Part shown: in pieces, positions 29,880 through 40,331 of the stretch
Position numbering within the stretch: position 1 is the stretch's first letter
Layout of the letters: every line of letters starts with the position of its first letter
Source of the DNA: Candidatus Hermodarchaeota archaeon
Lineage (GTDB): Archaea; Asgardarchaeota; Lokiarchaeia; Sigyniarchaeales; SOKP01
Reading direction: 5' to 3'
Length of the DNA stretch: 64,000 bases
NCBI GenBank assembly: GCA_048885535.1
Contig: JBHLLO010000006.1
Span: 4,314-68,313, forward strand
The notes under the pieces: generated by a model
Database searches by the model: none
What the model saw: the letters and a program-made list of their open reading frames with translations, nothing else
Told to the model about the DNA's origin: nothing
Program-made: the position numbers and the translations under genes

Positions 29880-30460
29880 ATTCACATTTTGCTATAGGAG
29901 TTATTTTTTGTTCAATCCTAAATTACTTTTATAATTTTGCTTTTATAGAATTTCTCTTAATTGTTGTTTTTTCTTTCATTTGTGATTTTGACGTATTTTT
30001 CTCTAAATTCGCTAAAGATCATAATCACAGAATGTTGATCTCTCATTCAATCATTCCTAGTATCATTATGATTTTTGTGGGTATTATATTTAATTGGACT
30101 ATATTAACTTTTAGCGGAACAGCATATTTTATACATATAGTTATAGATACGTTTGATTGGGGTACAAACGTGTTTTATTTGCCAAAAAAGCAAATTGGTT
30201 TCAAACTTTTAATCTCAAAAGAGGAATTTAACAATCTATCACAATATTTATCTAATTATAAGAAGCCTGAATCATTTTTTGATGAAAGATATTATAGTAA
30301 TAAACTATGTTTAGCAATTGAAGCTCTGTTATTTATCATTATGTTAATATTTCTTATTTTATTTGCCTTTCAATTTTTTTTGATAATTATAATATATTTC
30401 CCATTCTTGATTTTTCATTTACAACGTCATTATTACCTAAAAAAAGTTGAGGCTTCCTAA
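29870..30460 (+). CDS. Membrane-bound metal-dependent hydrolase-like protein (YdjM/DUF457-type); true start upstream of ORF-track ATG 30032, probably ATA 29870
   Basis: Open frame 29870-30031 encodes HINSHFAIG...CDFD...HNHR directly before MLISHS; later HIVIDTFDWG. AGGTGA SD at 29858-29863. Confidence 0.7.
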   Translation: MHINSHFAIGVIFCSILNYFYNFAFIEFLLIVVFSFICDFDVFFSKFAKDHNHRMLISHSIIPSIIMIFVGIIFNWTILTFSGTAYFIHIVIDTFDWGTNVFYLPKKQIGFKLLISKEEFNNLSQYLSNYKKPESFFDERYYSNKLCLAIEALLFIIMLIFLILFAFQFFLIIIIYFPFLIFHLQRHYYLKKVEAS

Positions 30461-30566
30461 TCTTAAATAATTAACTTATTACCTTATAATCTAAATAAAT
30501 AAAGCTTAAGAATCTTATAAGGATTTAAAATTATATAATTAAATTTAATATCATTAGGTAAGAATT

Positions 30567-31004
30567 ATGGCAGAAACAATAAAAACCAAAGTGGGACTTT
30601 CATTGGAGGAAGAAATGATATTTAAATGTGATTTAGGAGAAATGAAGGTAAAGGATTGTTATATCGATGAAACCAATAAAGATGAGGTAAATATGTTAGG
30701 ACCAAATCCTTCAAGAATGTTAGCGTTAGCGGTTATGGGATGTCTTAGTGCTAGCTTTATCTTTTGTCTTAAAAAGAGGGAATTCAAGTTGGAGAATTTA
30801 AAAGCAGAAGCAGAAGTTACAATCACTCGTAATGAAAAAGGATTTTGGAGGGTTAAAAAAATTAATGTTGATATCAACTCAAAGATAGAGGATTTAGAAA
30901 CCCGTAAGAGAGCAGATCAGTGCAGGAAAATGTTTGAAAACTATTGTATAGTGACTCAAGCTGTAAGAGAAGGAATTAATGTAGAAGTAAATCTTAATTA
31001 TTAG
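30567..31004 (+). CDS. OsmC/Ohr family protein
   Basis: GPNPSRMLALAVMGCLS and the second Cys in NYCIVTQAV. Confidence 0.85.
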   Translation: MAETIKTKVGLSLEEEMIFKCDLGEMKVKDCYIDETNKDEVNMLGPNPSRMLALAVMGCLSASFIFCLKKREFKLENLKAEAEVTITRNEKGFWRVKKINVDINSKIEDLETRKRADQCRKMFENYCIVTQAVREGINVEVNLNY

Positions 31005-31077
31005 AAACAAAACATTTTTCAAAAATCTATTCTAATCTTTATCATCTTCTAAAGGATTAAAGACATTTTTTTGCATA

Positions 31078-32079
31078 CTAATCTGTTACCCCATCTTCAG
31101 TAATCGAAAAAACAGCTTCTTCCTCGGGTAAATGTGGAGCATCAATTACTTTGGCTATTCTTTGCTCTCCTTTTCCTTTTCTTAATCGCACTCTAATTGT
31201 TGCTCCATGAGCTACCACATTTCCCCCAGTTGCTCTAAGCGGGTCTCCATAGAATACATCAGGTCTAGCAGAAACCTGGTTTGTGAATACAACAGCTAGC
31301 TCATCAAATATTTCAGTTAATCTTAGAAGATCATGGATGTGACCATTTAATATTTGCTGTCTATTGGCTAAAGTGCCTCTTCCAATATATTCACTGCGAA
31401 AATGACCAATTATTGAATCAATAATTACTAATTTAATATTTTTTTCTTCAATGATTTTTGGTGATTCTTTCACCAATATAACTTGGTGATCACTATTATA
31501 TGCTCTTCCATAAGTAATATTTCGTAGTATTTTATTATAGTCTAAATCTTTTGCAGAAGCCATTTGTACAATACGTTCGGGTCTAAAAGTTCCTTCAGCA
31601 TCGATATATAAGGCATTTCCTTCAATTCCCCCCTCTTCATAAGGTAATTGTACATTCACACATAACTGATGAGCTATTTGCGTCTTTCCTGTTCGGTATT
31701 CCCCATAAAGCTCTGTCACCGCCTCGGTTTCTATACCTCCTCCCAATAAATCATCTAAATTTTGGCTACCTGTTGATAGTTTCTTTAGAATCTTTCTTTT
31801 TTCCCAAATAACATCTGCAGATTTAAACCCCATTTTTTCAATTTCTTGGGCAGCTTTTATAATTTTTTGAGCTGTTTTTTCTCCCAATCCCGCATCCTCA
31901 ACTAATTTTGTAAGAGGATAAACAGCTAAGATTCGAGTCGATATGATTCCTGCTTCCTTAAGTTTTTTTAAGGTAGCTTCACCTATTCCAGGAATATCTT
32001 CTAATTGGAATTGCACTTTATCTTGTTCTTTTTCAGTTTTGGAGTCCTCATCTTCTTGATTATTTTTTTTTTTAGCCAT
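31078..32079 (-). CDS. radA: DNA repair and recombination protein RadA
   Basis: N-terminal HhH (IPGIGEATLKKL); Walker A GEYRTGKTQ; YIDAEGTFRPER; LVIIDS; FRSEYIGRGTLANRQQ; DAPHLPE. Confidence 0.96.
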   Translation of the reverse strand: MAKKKNNQEDEDSKTEKEQDKVQFQLEDIPGIGEATLKKLKEAGIISTRILAVYPLTKLVEDAGLGEKTAQKIIKAAQEIEKMGFKSADVIWEKRKILKKLSTGSQNLDDLLGGGIETEAVTELYGEYRTGKTQIAHQLCVNVQLPYEEGGIEGNALYIDAEGTFRPERIVQMASAKDLDYNKILRNITYGRAYNSDHQVILVKESPKIIEEKNIKLVIIDSIIGHFRSEYIGRGTLANRQQILNGHIHDLLRLTEIFDELAVVFTNQVSARPDVFYGDPLRATGGNVVAHGATIRVRLRKGKGEQRIAKVIDAPHLPEEEAVFSITEDGVTD

Positions 32080-32183
32080 AGGATTTCTAATCCTTTTATG
32101 ATTTAATTGTTATTCTATCAATTTATTATGATTACAATATAAAAATTATAATAAAATATTATTTAAGATTACAAAACACAAGT

Positions 32184-32894
32184 TTATTTTTTCTTTTGTG
32201 GAGTAGTTTTTATTGGAGCTTCTTTCCCGCTTCTAGTTATAAGAAGTAAAATAATAAATAATATAACTGAAAACAGCACAGTCAGTACAGCCATCGCTTC
32301 TGGTAACCATATATAGCTTAAATAGAGGAAAGGCAATACAAATAGGGCAATTATTACTATAAAGACAGGTATAGGAACTTCTTCACCCTTTAGATCGATT
32401 AATAATGGAATAATAACCAATCCAACACTCATGGTTGCGGCAATTCTAAAACCCATTAGAATTCCAAAATCAACCCATGGTTCAATTTGAAATGTAGCTG
32501 TGTAGATATCAGGCATATAGAAAAACCAATACGGCGTAGTATTAGTTTGCATTGGAGGAATAGAAACCGGTAGAATTCCAGTTAGAATAATTTGGATAAT
32601 AATTGCTAAAACAAAATAAAGAATAATTTCATTAATTTCTTTTTTTTCTGAGGCTACTCCAAATAAATCACGAATCAAACAAATGTCCCAAAGGATGAAT
32701 AATATTAAATAAACTCCAAGAACATCAAAACCTAAACCCCAAAGATAATCCGAAGGTAAAAGGGCTAAGATATAGGCAAGGTATCCATATCTCTCGTTTC
32801 TTTTAAATACATCGAATATTAAAAACACTCCATAAATTATAAAACATATTACTAAAAATATGATCGTATCAATAGTAAATGCCATATTTAACAT
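32184..32894 (-). CDS. Hypothetical multi-pass membrane protein
   Basis: About seven hydrophobic segments over 236 aa. Confidence 0.7.
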   Translation of the reverse strand: MLNMAFTIDTIIFLVICFIIYGVFLIFDVFKRNERYGYLAYILALLPSDYLWGLGFDVLGVYLILFILWDICLIRDLFGVASEKKEINEIILYFVLAIIIQIILTGILPVSIPPMQTNTTPYWFFYMPDIYTATFQIEPWVDFGILMGFRIAATMSVGLVIIPLLIDLKGEEVPIPVFIVIIALFVLPFLYLSYIWLPEAMAVLTVLFSVILFIILLLITRSGKEAPIKTTPQKKK

Positions 32895-32969
32895 TCCTTT
32901 TTGTTTTTAATTTTCATTTATTATTATTAATATAAAATCTTATTTTTTAAATCTTTAATAGATCAATTA

Positions 32970-34364
32970 TTATTTTTCATATAATAATTCTAATTCTGAT
33001 ATAATTTTTGATAAAGCTTCAATCATTTTTTTAGATTTTGCGGGATCAGCTGATTCTGCTGAAAGAAGGACGGCATTTCTATTCAATGCAACCTTAATAT
33101 TCGTATAAACGTTATCACCAATTATTTTAAGCTCATTAATAATATCTTGATACTTTAAATTATTTTCTTCAGCAAATTTTATCAAACGGTTATGGATATT
33201 ATCAGTTAATTCGGCAGAAATAGGTATTGTCTTACTAACTTTAATACCCTTTGGAAATCCCCTAGTTAGTGAGCTTAAAAGATCTTTCTGAGAAGTCATA
33301 ATTTCAAGAATTTTCAATAAAATGAAATTTCCGTCACTAAAGGGACTATATTGAGGGAAGTAGAATTTAAAAGTATCTGCTGCGGCAAAACATGCTCTTT
33401 CTTCTCTAATTTGTCTTGATATTTCCCCAGGCAGGTTTTCAACAAGTTTTATTGGAAATCCAGATTCTTGAATAAAACTTTTTACTACTAAAGAAATTGA
33501 AGGAGTGAGGATTATTGTATTAGATTTAGATCTTTGAATTCGATCATCATAGGTTATAAATAGCATCAATAAATCTTCATAGTTTAATTCTAAACCATTT
33601 TCATCTAAAACTAAGATTCTAGAACCATCAACATCAAAACAAATACCTATATGGCTATTTGAAGCCTTTACTATATTCGCGGTATTTCTAATTGTATTAA
33701 TACTTGGAACAGGAATGTGTTCTCTCTGACGATAATGTGTGTTTAAAGCAATAACTTCCACACCAATATCGTTAACCAAAATAGGAGTAATCTTTCCTGT
33801 TGGACCGTATGAACAATCCACCACAATTTTAAGATCTGCTCCCTTAATTCTCTTTTTATCTACAAATTGTTCTAAAGACTTGATATATACATCTTGAGTC
33901 TGAGGGATAGCTGTTATTTGCCCTATTTTACTGGGTTCTACTCTTCTTACTTTTTCAGGGTAAATATTATAAGATTTTATTATCTTTTCAATTTCTGTCG
34001 GTGCAAATTCTATTCCTCCTGCATCAACAAACCTAACGCCTACATCCTCACTAAATAAATGACCACCAGAAAAATATGTTCCTCCCGTAGCTCCAAATCT
34101 TCTTATTGTAAACTGCAAAAGAGGATATGTACAATCAGATAAGTTCAATATATTAACACCAGTACTCATAAGACCAGAAGTATAAGCCCTCTTTAACATC
34201 CTACTGTCGTTATGATAATCTCTTCCTATTACGACAGTTTCATTTTCCTTAAACATACTTCCATGAATAGAACCAATTGAGCTTGAAACCTCAGGAGTAA
34301 AAATATAGTTTGCACGTCCCACTATTCGGCCGCTTTTCTTTAAGGTTTCAAGATCTTGAACCAT
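32970..34364 (-). CDS. Alpha-D-phosphohexomutase (PMM/PGM)-fold protein, catalytically degenerate
   Basis: VIGRD, KIVVDCSYG and LNT domain motifs are present, but TASHN reads SGGHL and DGDGDR reads DVDGSR. Confidence 0.8.
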   Translation of the reverse strand: MVQDLETLKKSGRIVGRANYIFTPEVSSSIGSIHGSMFKENETVVIGRDYHNDSRMLKRAYTSGLMSTGVNILNLSDCTYPLLQFTIRRFGATGGTYFSGGHLFSEDVGVRFVDAGGIEFAPTEIEKIIKSYNIYPEKVRRVEPSKIGQITAIPQTQDVYIKSLEQFVDKKRIKGADLKIVVDCSYGPTGKITPILVNDIGVEVIALNTHYRQREHIPVPSINTIRNTANIVKASNSHIGICFDVDGSRILVLDENGLELNYEDLLMLFITYDDRIQRSKSNTIILTPSISLVVKSFIQESGFPIKLVENLPGEISRQIREERACFAAADTFKFYFPQYSPFSDGNFILLKILEIMTSQKDLLSSLTRGFPKGIKVSKTIPISAELTDNIHNRLIKFAEENNLKYQDIINELKIIGDNVYTNIKVALNRNAVLLSAESADPAKSKKMIEALSKIISELELLYEK

Positions 34365-34540
34365 CTAAATCACTTGAATTTTGAAATTTCAATTGGAAAT
34401 TATATATTATATAGCTAGTTATAAATTTATAACTTTAACTGTTTTAATAAATTAAAAAAAGTTAATTGCTATAGAAAATTTGAAAATTTAGTATTCTGAT
34501 TTTCAGAACTGTTAGATTGCTGTTATGAGAGTTGTAAATC

Positions 34541-36259
34541 ATGTCAGAAAAATTAGGTTCATTCGTATTAGTATTACATTCACATTTACCCTGGGTTCTT
34601 AATCATGGGATATGGCCTCATGGTATGAGTTGGGTTAATGAAGCAGCGGCAGAAACATATCTCCCATTGTTACAAGAATTATATAAACTTATGGATGATG
34701 GATACCATCCAAAATTAACTATAGGACTTACACCAGTTTTGTGTGAAATGCTCAGACATCCAAGCTTTATCGATGGTTTTATTGGATATTTAGATGAAAG
34801 AGTTGCTGCAGCCCTTCATGATTATGATAATTTCACAGAAAACAAATATCACGACGGAAGAATAAAATTAGCGAAATGGTGGGAAGATTTTTATGAACGT
34901 GTAAGAGATGATTTTGTACATAGATTTAATAGGGATATAATTGGAGGATTTAAAAAACTTCAAGATGATGGCTTGCTAGACATCATTACATGTGGAGCAA
35001 CACATGGTTACTCACCTTTACTCTCAAAAGACACATCAATTGACGCTCAATTTAAAACAGCCATTGATAATTATGAAATGCACTTTGGAAGAAAACCCAC
35101 TGGAGCTTGGCTTCCTGAGTGTGCATACCGCCCTGGTTATCGATGGAAAAACCCTATTACAGGTGAAGAGTATAATCGCCCTGGAATTGAATATTTTCTA
35201 GCTAAAAATGGTTTGAAATACTTTTTTGTGGATACTGCTCTATTATTAGGAGGAAAATCTCAAGGTGTATATGCCGCAAGATTTCCCTTATTAAAGGAAT
35301 TATGGAAACAATTTGCTGATCAATATGAAGAAATTCCTACTTCATTCGAAAAATCTCAGTATGAACCGTATTTAGTATCTACAGATCCATCAACTAGATC
35401 ACCTGTAGCTTTTTTTACGCGTGATGAGAAAACTGGAATCGTCGTATGGAGCGGTGAGCATGGATATCCTGGATGTGCTGAATATCTAGACTTCCATAAG
35501 AAGCACTGGCCCTCGGGAAATAAATATTGGAAGGTAACCCATGCAAAACTTGACCTCGGAGCAAAAATGTTATATTGGCCTGAGGATATTCCAGGAAAAT
35601 TAGATGAAAATGCAGGACATTATGTACAACTCATTAAGGATATTTTGAGGGATTATAATGAAAGATTTGGGAATAACGGAATTGTAGTAGCCCCCTACGA
35701 TTGTGAACTCTTTGGACATTGGTGGTTTGAAGGGAATTGGTGGTTAGCAAGAATTTTAAGATGGATAGAGGATGATCCAGCAATTGAATTAACAAACACT
35801 AGATTATTTGTAGAGCAAAATCCCCCTAATAAAGTTGTACAAATCATTGAAGGAAGCTGGGGGCAAGGATCAAGTCACTGGGTTTGGTTAAATGAATGGA
35901 CAACTTGGACATGGGAAAAGATTTACGAATGTGAGGCTAAAAGCGAAGATATTATGGCTAAGTACAAGGATTCTACAGATGAGAATCTAATTAAAATCTT
36001 AAAACAAATGGCTAGAGAATTGCTCCTCTTAGAAAGCTCAGATTGGCAGTTTTTAATAACAACATGGTCCGCACGAGATTACGCTGAGAATCGTATTGCA
36101 CTACATTATGAAAATTTTAATAGGTTATATGATATGGCTTCAATGTATGGGCAGGGTGAGCATATTGACGAGGGAGAATGGCATTTTCTTGGAATTCTTG
36201 AAGCTAATGATGGCATCTTTATGGATATTGATCTTACTCCCTTTGCAAAGGGAGAATAA
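34541..36259 (+). CDS. GH57 1,4-alpha-glucan branching enzyme (DUF1957-type), paralog 1
   Basis: LHSHLPW; WLPECAY (nucleophile Glu); PYDCELFGHWWFEG (acid/base Asp); ARELLLLESSDWQF. Confidence 0.92.
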   Translation: MSEKLGSFVLVLHSHLPWVLNHGIWPHGMSWVNEAAAETYLPLLQELYKLMDDGYHPKLTIGLTPVLCEMLRHPSFIDGFIGYLDERVAAALHDYDNFTENKYHDGRIKLAKWWEDFYERVRDDFVHRFNRDIIGGFKKLQDDGLLDIITCGATHGYSPLLSKDTSIDAQFKTAIDNYEMHFGRKPTGAWLPECAYRPGYRWKNPITGEEYNRPGIEYFLAKNGLKYFFVDTALLLGGKSQGVYAARFPLLKELWKQFADQYEEIPTSFEKSQYEPYLVSTDPSTRSPVAFFTRDEKTGIVVWSGEHGYPGCAEYLDFHKKHWPSGNKYWKVTHAKLDLGAKMLYWPEDIPGKLDENAGHYVQLIKDILRDYNERFGNNGIVVAPYDCELFGHWWFEGNWWLARILRWIEDDPAIELTNTRLFVEQNPPNKVVQIIEGSWGQGSSHWVWLNEWTTWTWEKIYECEAKSEDIMAKYKDSTDENLIKILKQMARELLLLESSDWQFLITTWSARDYAENRIALHYENFNRLYDMASMYGQGEHIDEGEWHFLGILEANDGIFMDIDLTPFAKGE

Positions 36260-36277
36260 AATAATGATTAGAAAGTC

Positions 36278-36796
36278 TCATACACCTTTTAATTGGTACC
36301 CACAATGAGGGCAGATTGAAACTAATGAATCAATTTGACCCCCACATTCAGGGCATATTGGTTCTTTGACCAATTTAAGAAATGCATCTTTTTTTGTTTT
36401 GAGTTCTACTAATAATTCAGATTTACTCCTTGAGCTAGATTTAGTTTTAAAAAAACTAAATATCAAGCATGCTAAAATTATTCCGAGAATTATGGGAAGA
36501 ATTATATTAATAATTGGAAAAGGATAAGTGAATACAATACTGATAATTAAAACAATTGTAAAAGATATGATAAAAATTAAGCATACAATATTTAAAGGAA
36601 CATTTTTAGTTGCTAATTCTATCTGCTTATCATAATAACAAACTTTGCAGATTTCATGATGAGTAGAATAAGTATCATCTTTTCCTCCATGAATTGCATG
36701 AAATATTTCTTTACACTCAACACAGATTGGCTTCCCACACATCTCACACTTAGTAATAGCATCCCTTTTCGGGTGATAAAAGCAAATTAAACTCAT
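36278..36796 (-). CDS. B-box-like zinc finger + two TM helices + C-terminal zinc ribbon protein
   Basis: CFYHP...CEMCGKPICVEC...H.EIC..C; two hydrophobic helices; CPECG...CPHCG. Confidence 0.75.
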   Translation of the reverse strand: MSLICFYHPKRDAITKCEMCGKPICVECKEIFHAIHGGKDDTYSTHHEICKVCYYDKQIELATKNVPLNIVCLIFIISFTIVLIISIVFTYPFPIINIILPIILGIILACLIFSFFKTKSSSRSKSELLVELKTKKDAFLKLVKEPICPECGGQIDSLVSICPHCGYQLKGV

Positions 36797-36923
36797 CTTA
36801 TTGGATTATATTTAGACAATTTTTTATAAAAACATTATGTAATCTCAAATTTAAAAATTAGAATGAAAGATTTTTATAGGTACAAATTTCAAATATTGTT
36901 TAAAAAAACTATAGGTTTTAATA

Positions 36924-37406
36924 TTGAATACGAATAATATTACTGAGATTGATTTTGGGACTCTGAAAGTAGACCATATATGCTTTATTTATAAGAAGGC
37001 TGAAAAGCAAGCAAAAATAATGGAAACTTTATTTAAAATGCCAAAATTCAGCTTTTCAGAAGTTATCGATAACCCTGCTATTTATAGGGGGAAAGAAACA
37101 GAGTTTTCTTTGAAGATTGGAATCAGTAGATGTTTTAATACATCAATTGAGATCTTTCAATGGCTCAATGGCGATGGCATTTATAAAGAATTTGTAGATG
37201 CTAACAAGGAGGGATTACATCATTTTGGTTGTTATGTTGATAATCTTGAAAATTATATTAATCACTTTCAGAACAAGGGTATAGAGGTTATACAAACTGG
37301 TTTTTTTAATTTTGGTAAATTACACTATATGTATTTGGATACTGAGAAAATCTTTGGCACTATAATTGAAATTTTGGAAATAATTAAGAGAAAGAGATCT
37401 AAATAG
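36924..37406 (+). CDS. VOC/glyoxalase family protein (methylmalonyl-CoA epimerase-like)
   Basis: Metal-ligand pattern VDHI, IEIFQ, GLHHFG, IIEILE. Confidence 0.82.
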   Translation: MNTNNITEIDFGTLKVDHICFIYKKAEKQAKIMETLFKMPKFSFSEVIDNPAIYRGKETEFSLKIGISRCFNTSIEIFQWLNGDGIYKEFVDANKEGLHHFGCYVDNLENYINHFQNKGIEVIQTGFFNFGKLHYMYLDTEKIFGTIIEILEIIKRKRSK

Positions 37407-37420
37407 CAATCTAATTATAT

Positions 37421-39013
37421 TTAATCCTTTTTTTTAAAATATTCAATTTTTATATCCTTGAAACAGGAATCAATGTCCTCAATATTTTCTAACTCACTTA
37501 ATGAAATTCTTGATTTATCGTTAAAATCTTTAGCTGCCCATATTAATTTTAGAAATCTTTGGTGATGATGATGGAACCTTTGGTTTGCATAATCTTTTGC
37601 TTGCTTTGTATAAAGAAGAAAAGGCCAATCACTACCTTCCATTAAGAGAAGCTCTCGAGCAATCTGTTCAAGAATCCTTCTTTCCTCACCTGTAGGAGTT
37701 AGAAACTTTTGCAAGAGCTCTTCAAATTCTTTAATTGAACCATTGATATAGGGCCAAATCCAACCATGCTCAGGGTTTTTCCAGACTCTAAAATCACCCC
37801 CTTCTCCCCAACTGCTTTCCTTCATTTCAATTATTGAAAAATTCTCTTTATATTTCGAAATGTATTCGGAAATAGTGATCATTTCTACTTTATCACTGGA
37901 ATTAATTAATTTTAAAATACTGTTTAACCAATTGACACCTTCGCCCCACCAATGCCCATATAATTCAAAATCGAATGGTGAAACAATGATTCCTGGAAAA
38001 TCCCATTCTTTAGAAAAATGAGATAACTCTGATTCAATTAAAGATATGAAATGATTAGCATGAGACTGAATGACCTCAATAGCTTTATCGATGTCATATA
38101 ATAGTTTTTTACCATTTTCTATTCTTTTACCGGTTACCCTCCAATAATGCAGACCAGATTCAGGATCCTTCCTATGAAACTCTCTGTAATATTCATTTCC
38201 GGGATATCCTATTCTAGCGTCCCATACTTGTCTACTTGTCTTCTGATTTCGCCCAAAAGCAGAGACTCCTGTTTTTAAGGAAAATCCAATATTAGTATTC
38301 AAACCGACCTCATTTTTCTGTTCTAAGATCTCAGCATTTAAGATTCCCTGGGAATCTACAAAAAAATATTCAATTCCAGAATTATTCAGCCAATAATCAA
38401 TACTTTCCCTAATTTTTCCTTGAAAAACTAATTTTGGACGATATGCGCATTCTGGAAGCCAAATACCTTTTGGAGGCTTCCCAAAATGTTTTTTATGGGT
38501 ATCTACAGCCATTTGAATCTGAGAAAAAAGTCCTGAATCACTCTCGAACAATGGTAAAAAACCATGAGTTGCCGCACAAGAAATTAATTCAATCATCCCT
38601 TCATTTTCTAACCATTTAAAACTTCCTAAAAGATCTCGATAATAATTATGATAGAAGGTATGTAGAATGTATTCAAAATTTTTTAAATGGAATTCAGCAA
38701 TTTTTTTTCTTTGAGGCTGATGCTCAAATCTTTGAATATCAGATTTCGCTCTTTTTATTAAATCATATATATATTCAGAGAAACGTTGTTTCATATACTC
38801 ATCAGCCATAAGTTCTGCTAAGATGGGAGTTATATTGATTGTAATCGCTGTTTTAATCCCTCTTTCCTTAAGTTCTCTCAAAACATTTAATATTGGAATA
38901 TAAGTTTCTAAAGCTGCTTCGAAATACCAAATTTCGCCTGCAGGCCAAACCCCACTTTTCTTACACCAGGGCATATGCCCATGTAAAACTAACCCAAAAA
39001 ATCCCAGACTCAT
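37421..39013 (-). CDS. GH57 1,4-alpha-glucan branching enzyme (DUF1957-type), paralog 2
   Basis: LHGHMPW; WLPECAY; PFDFELYGHWWGEG; ARELLLMEGSDWPF. Confidence 0.9.
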   Translation of the reverse strand: MSLGFFGLVLHGHMPWCKKSGVWPAGEIWYFEAALETYIPILNVLRELKERGIKTAITINITPILAELMADEYMKQRFSEYIYDLIKRAKSDIQRFEHQPQRKKIAEFHLKNFEYILHTFYHNYYRDLLGSFKWLENEGMIELISCAATHGFLPLFESDSGLFSQIQMAVDTHKKHFGKPPKGIWLPECAYRPKLVFQGKIRESIDYWLNNSGIEYFFVDSQGILNAEILEQKNEVGLNTNIGFSLKTGVSAFGRNQKTSRQVWDARIGYPGNEYYREFHRKDPESGLHYWRVTGKRIENGKKLLYDIDKAIEVIQSHANHFISLIESELSHFSKEWDFPGIIVSPFDFELYGHWWGEGVNWLNSILKLINSSDKVEMITISEYISKYKENFSIIEMKESSWGEGGDFRVWKNPEHGWIWPYINGSIKEFEELLQKFLTPTGEERRILEQIARELLLMEGSDWPFLLYTKQAKDYANQRFHHHHQRFLKLIWAAKDFNDKSRISLSELENIEDIDSCFKDIKIEYFKKKD

Positions 39014-39047
39014 AATTTATGTATAAATTAGTGTTTGATTTTAGAAA

Positions 39048-40196
39048 TTAAATTTGTTCACCAAGATCGATTACCTTATCTCTCAATTCTAAATCATCAC
39101 TTACCTTACTAGTTGGAGCGACAATTGTATTATATAAAACTACATTATTACCTATTTCGCAATTATCACAAATGACGGATTCTATAATTTTGCAACCTGC
39201 TCCTATTTTAACATTATCCCAGATTACACTTTTTTCTAATATAGTATCTTCTCCAATCTTAACTTGATTTCCTATTGAAGTCAATTCTTTTATTTTAACC
39301 CTATTTCCAAGCTCTACAAATTCTCCAAAACAGGTAGGTTTTTCAATGGTTACATTTTGTCCAGAGTCAATAATACCCATAACAAAAACTTCATCATATT
39401 CCTCTCCGTTTGGAGTAATTGGCCATGCATACTTACGTAACAAATCCCAATTTGCCCATTTATAGGTTTGGGCATTTCCACAATCTAACCAATAATAATT
39501 TTTTACAAACCCATATAGATCAAATTCATTTTCGAGTAAAAATGGAAATACTTCTCCCCCAAAATCCATCAATTTAGTCTTAGTAAGAACGTCTGCTATT
39601 TCTTTTTTGAAACAATAGATACCCGTATTTATAATATTTGTATGTAAAAATAAATCTGTTCTCTGAGCCATACTACTTAAATATAATTCCATTGGAGCAG
39701 GTTTCTCTAAAAATAAGTATATCTTTCTATTTTTATCTAGCAATACTACCCCATACTGACTGGTATGACTTTCACTAGTTTTCATCGAAATGGTCGCCAT
39801 ACCTCCTTTTTCAGTGTGGAATTTCATAAAATCTTTCATTGGAAGATTAGTTACTATATCTGCCATACTAACTACGGTTTTTTCAGAATCTATTTTATCA
39901 ATTGAAAGTCTATATGCATCAGCGGTACCCTTACTTTCCTGAATTAAACATTCTAGTTCAACATCTCCTAACTTATCTGGGGTCCACGTTTTTTTAATAT
40001 GCTCCTTTATTAATTTTCCTTGCCATGCTAATGCTAGAATTATATACTTGATATCTGCATATATTAAATGTGCTATAGAATAGTCCACCATCGGCTTATT
40101 TGTGACCTTTACTAACGGTTTTGGAATTTGAGATGTCAAGGGCATTAATCTAGTGCCCCTACCACCAGCTAATATAATTGCTGACCATTCTCTCAA
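39048..40196 (-). CDS. Sugar-1-phosphate nucleotidyltransferase with C-terminal left-handed beta-helix
   Basis: ILAGGRGTRLMPLT...PKPLV; GTADA; EKP; NTGIY; YWLDCG; hexapeptide repeats. Confidence 0.9.
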   Translation of the reverse strand: MREWSAIILAGGRGTRLMPLTSQIPKPLVKVTNKPMVDYSIAHLIYADIKYIILALAWQGKLIKEHIKKTWTPDKLGDVELECLIQESKGTADAYRLSIDKIDSEKTVVSMADIVTNLPMKDFMKFHTEKGGMATISMKTSESHTSQYGVVLLDKNRKIYLFLEKPAPMELYLSSMAQRTDLFLHTNIINTGIYCFKKEIADVLTKTKLMDFGGEVFPFLLENEFDLYGFVKNYYWLDCGNAQTYKWANWDLLRKYAWPITPNGEEYDEVFVMGIIDSGQNVTIEKPTCFGEFVELGNRVKIKELTSIGNQVKIGEDTILEKSVIWDNVKIGAGCKIIESVICDNCEIGNNVVLYNTIVAPTSKVSDDLELRDKVIDLGEQI

Positions 40197-40331
40197 TGAA
40201 TCTTCCTCAAATAATAATCATTATTTATATGGATAATAGCAGATATAAATCTAGTTTTATTTGAAATTTAAAAGTTATTAAAATGAATAGAAAGGTTCGT
40301 TTTTAAAATAAATTTAAAAACATGTACAAAT

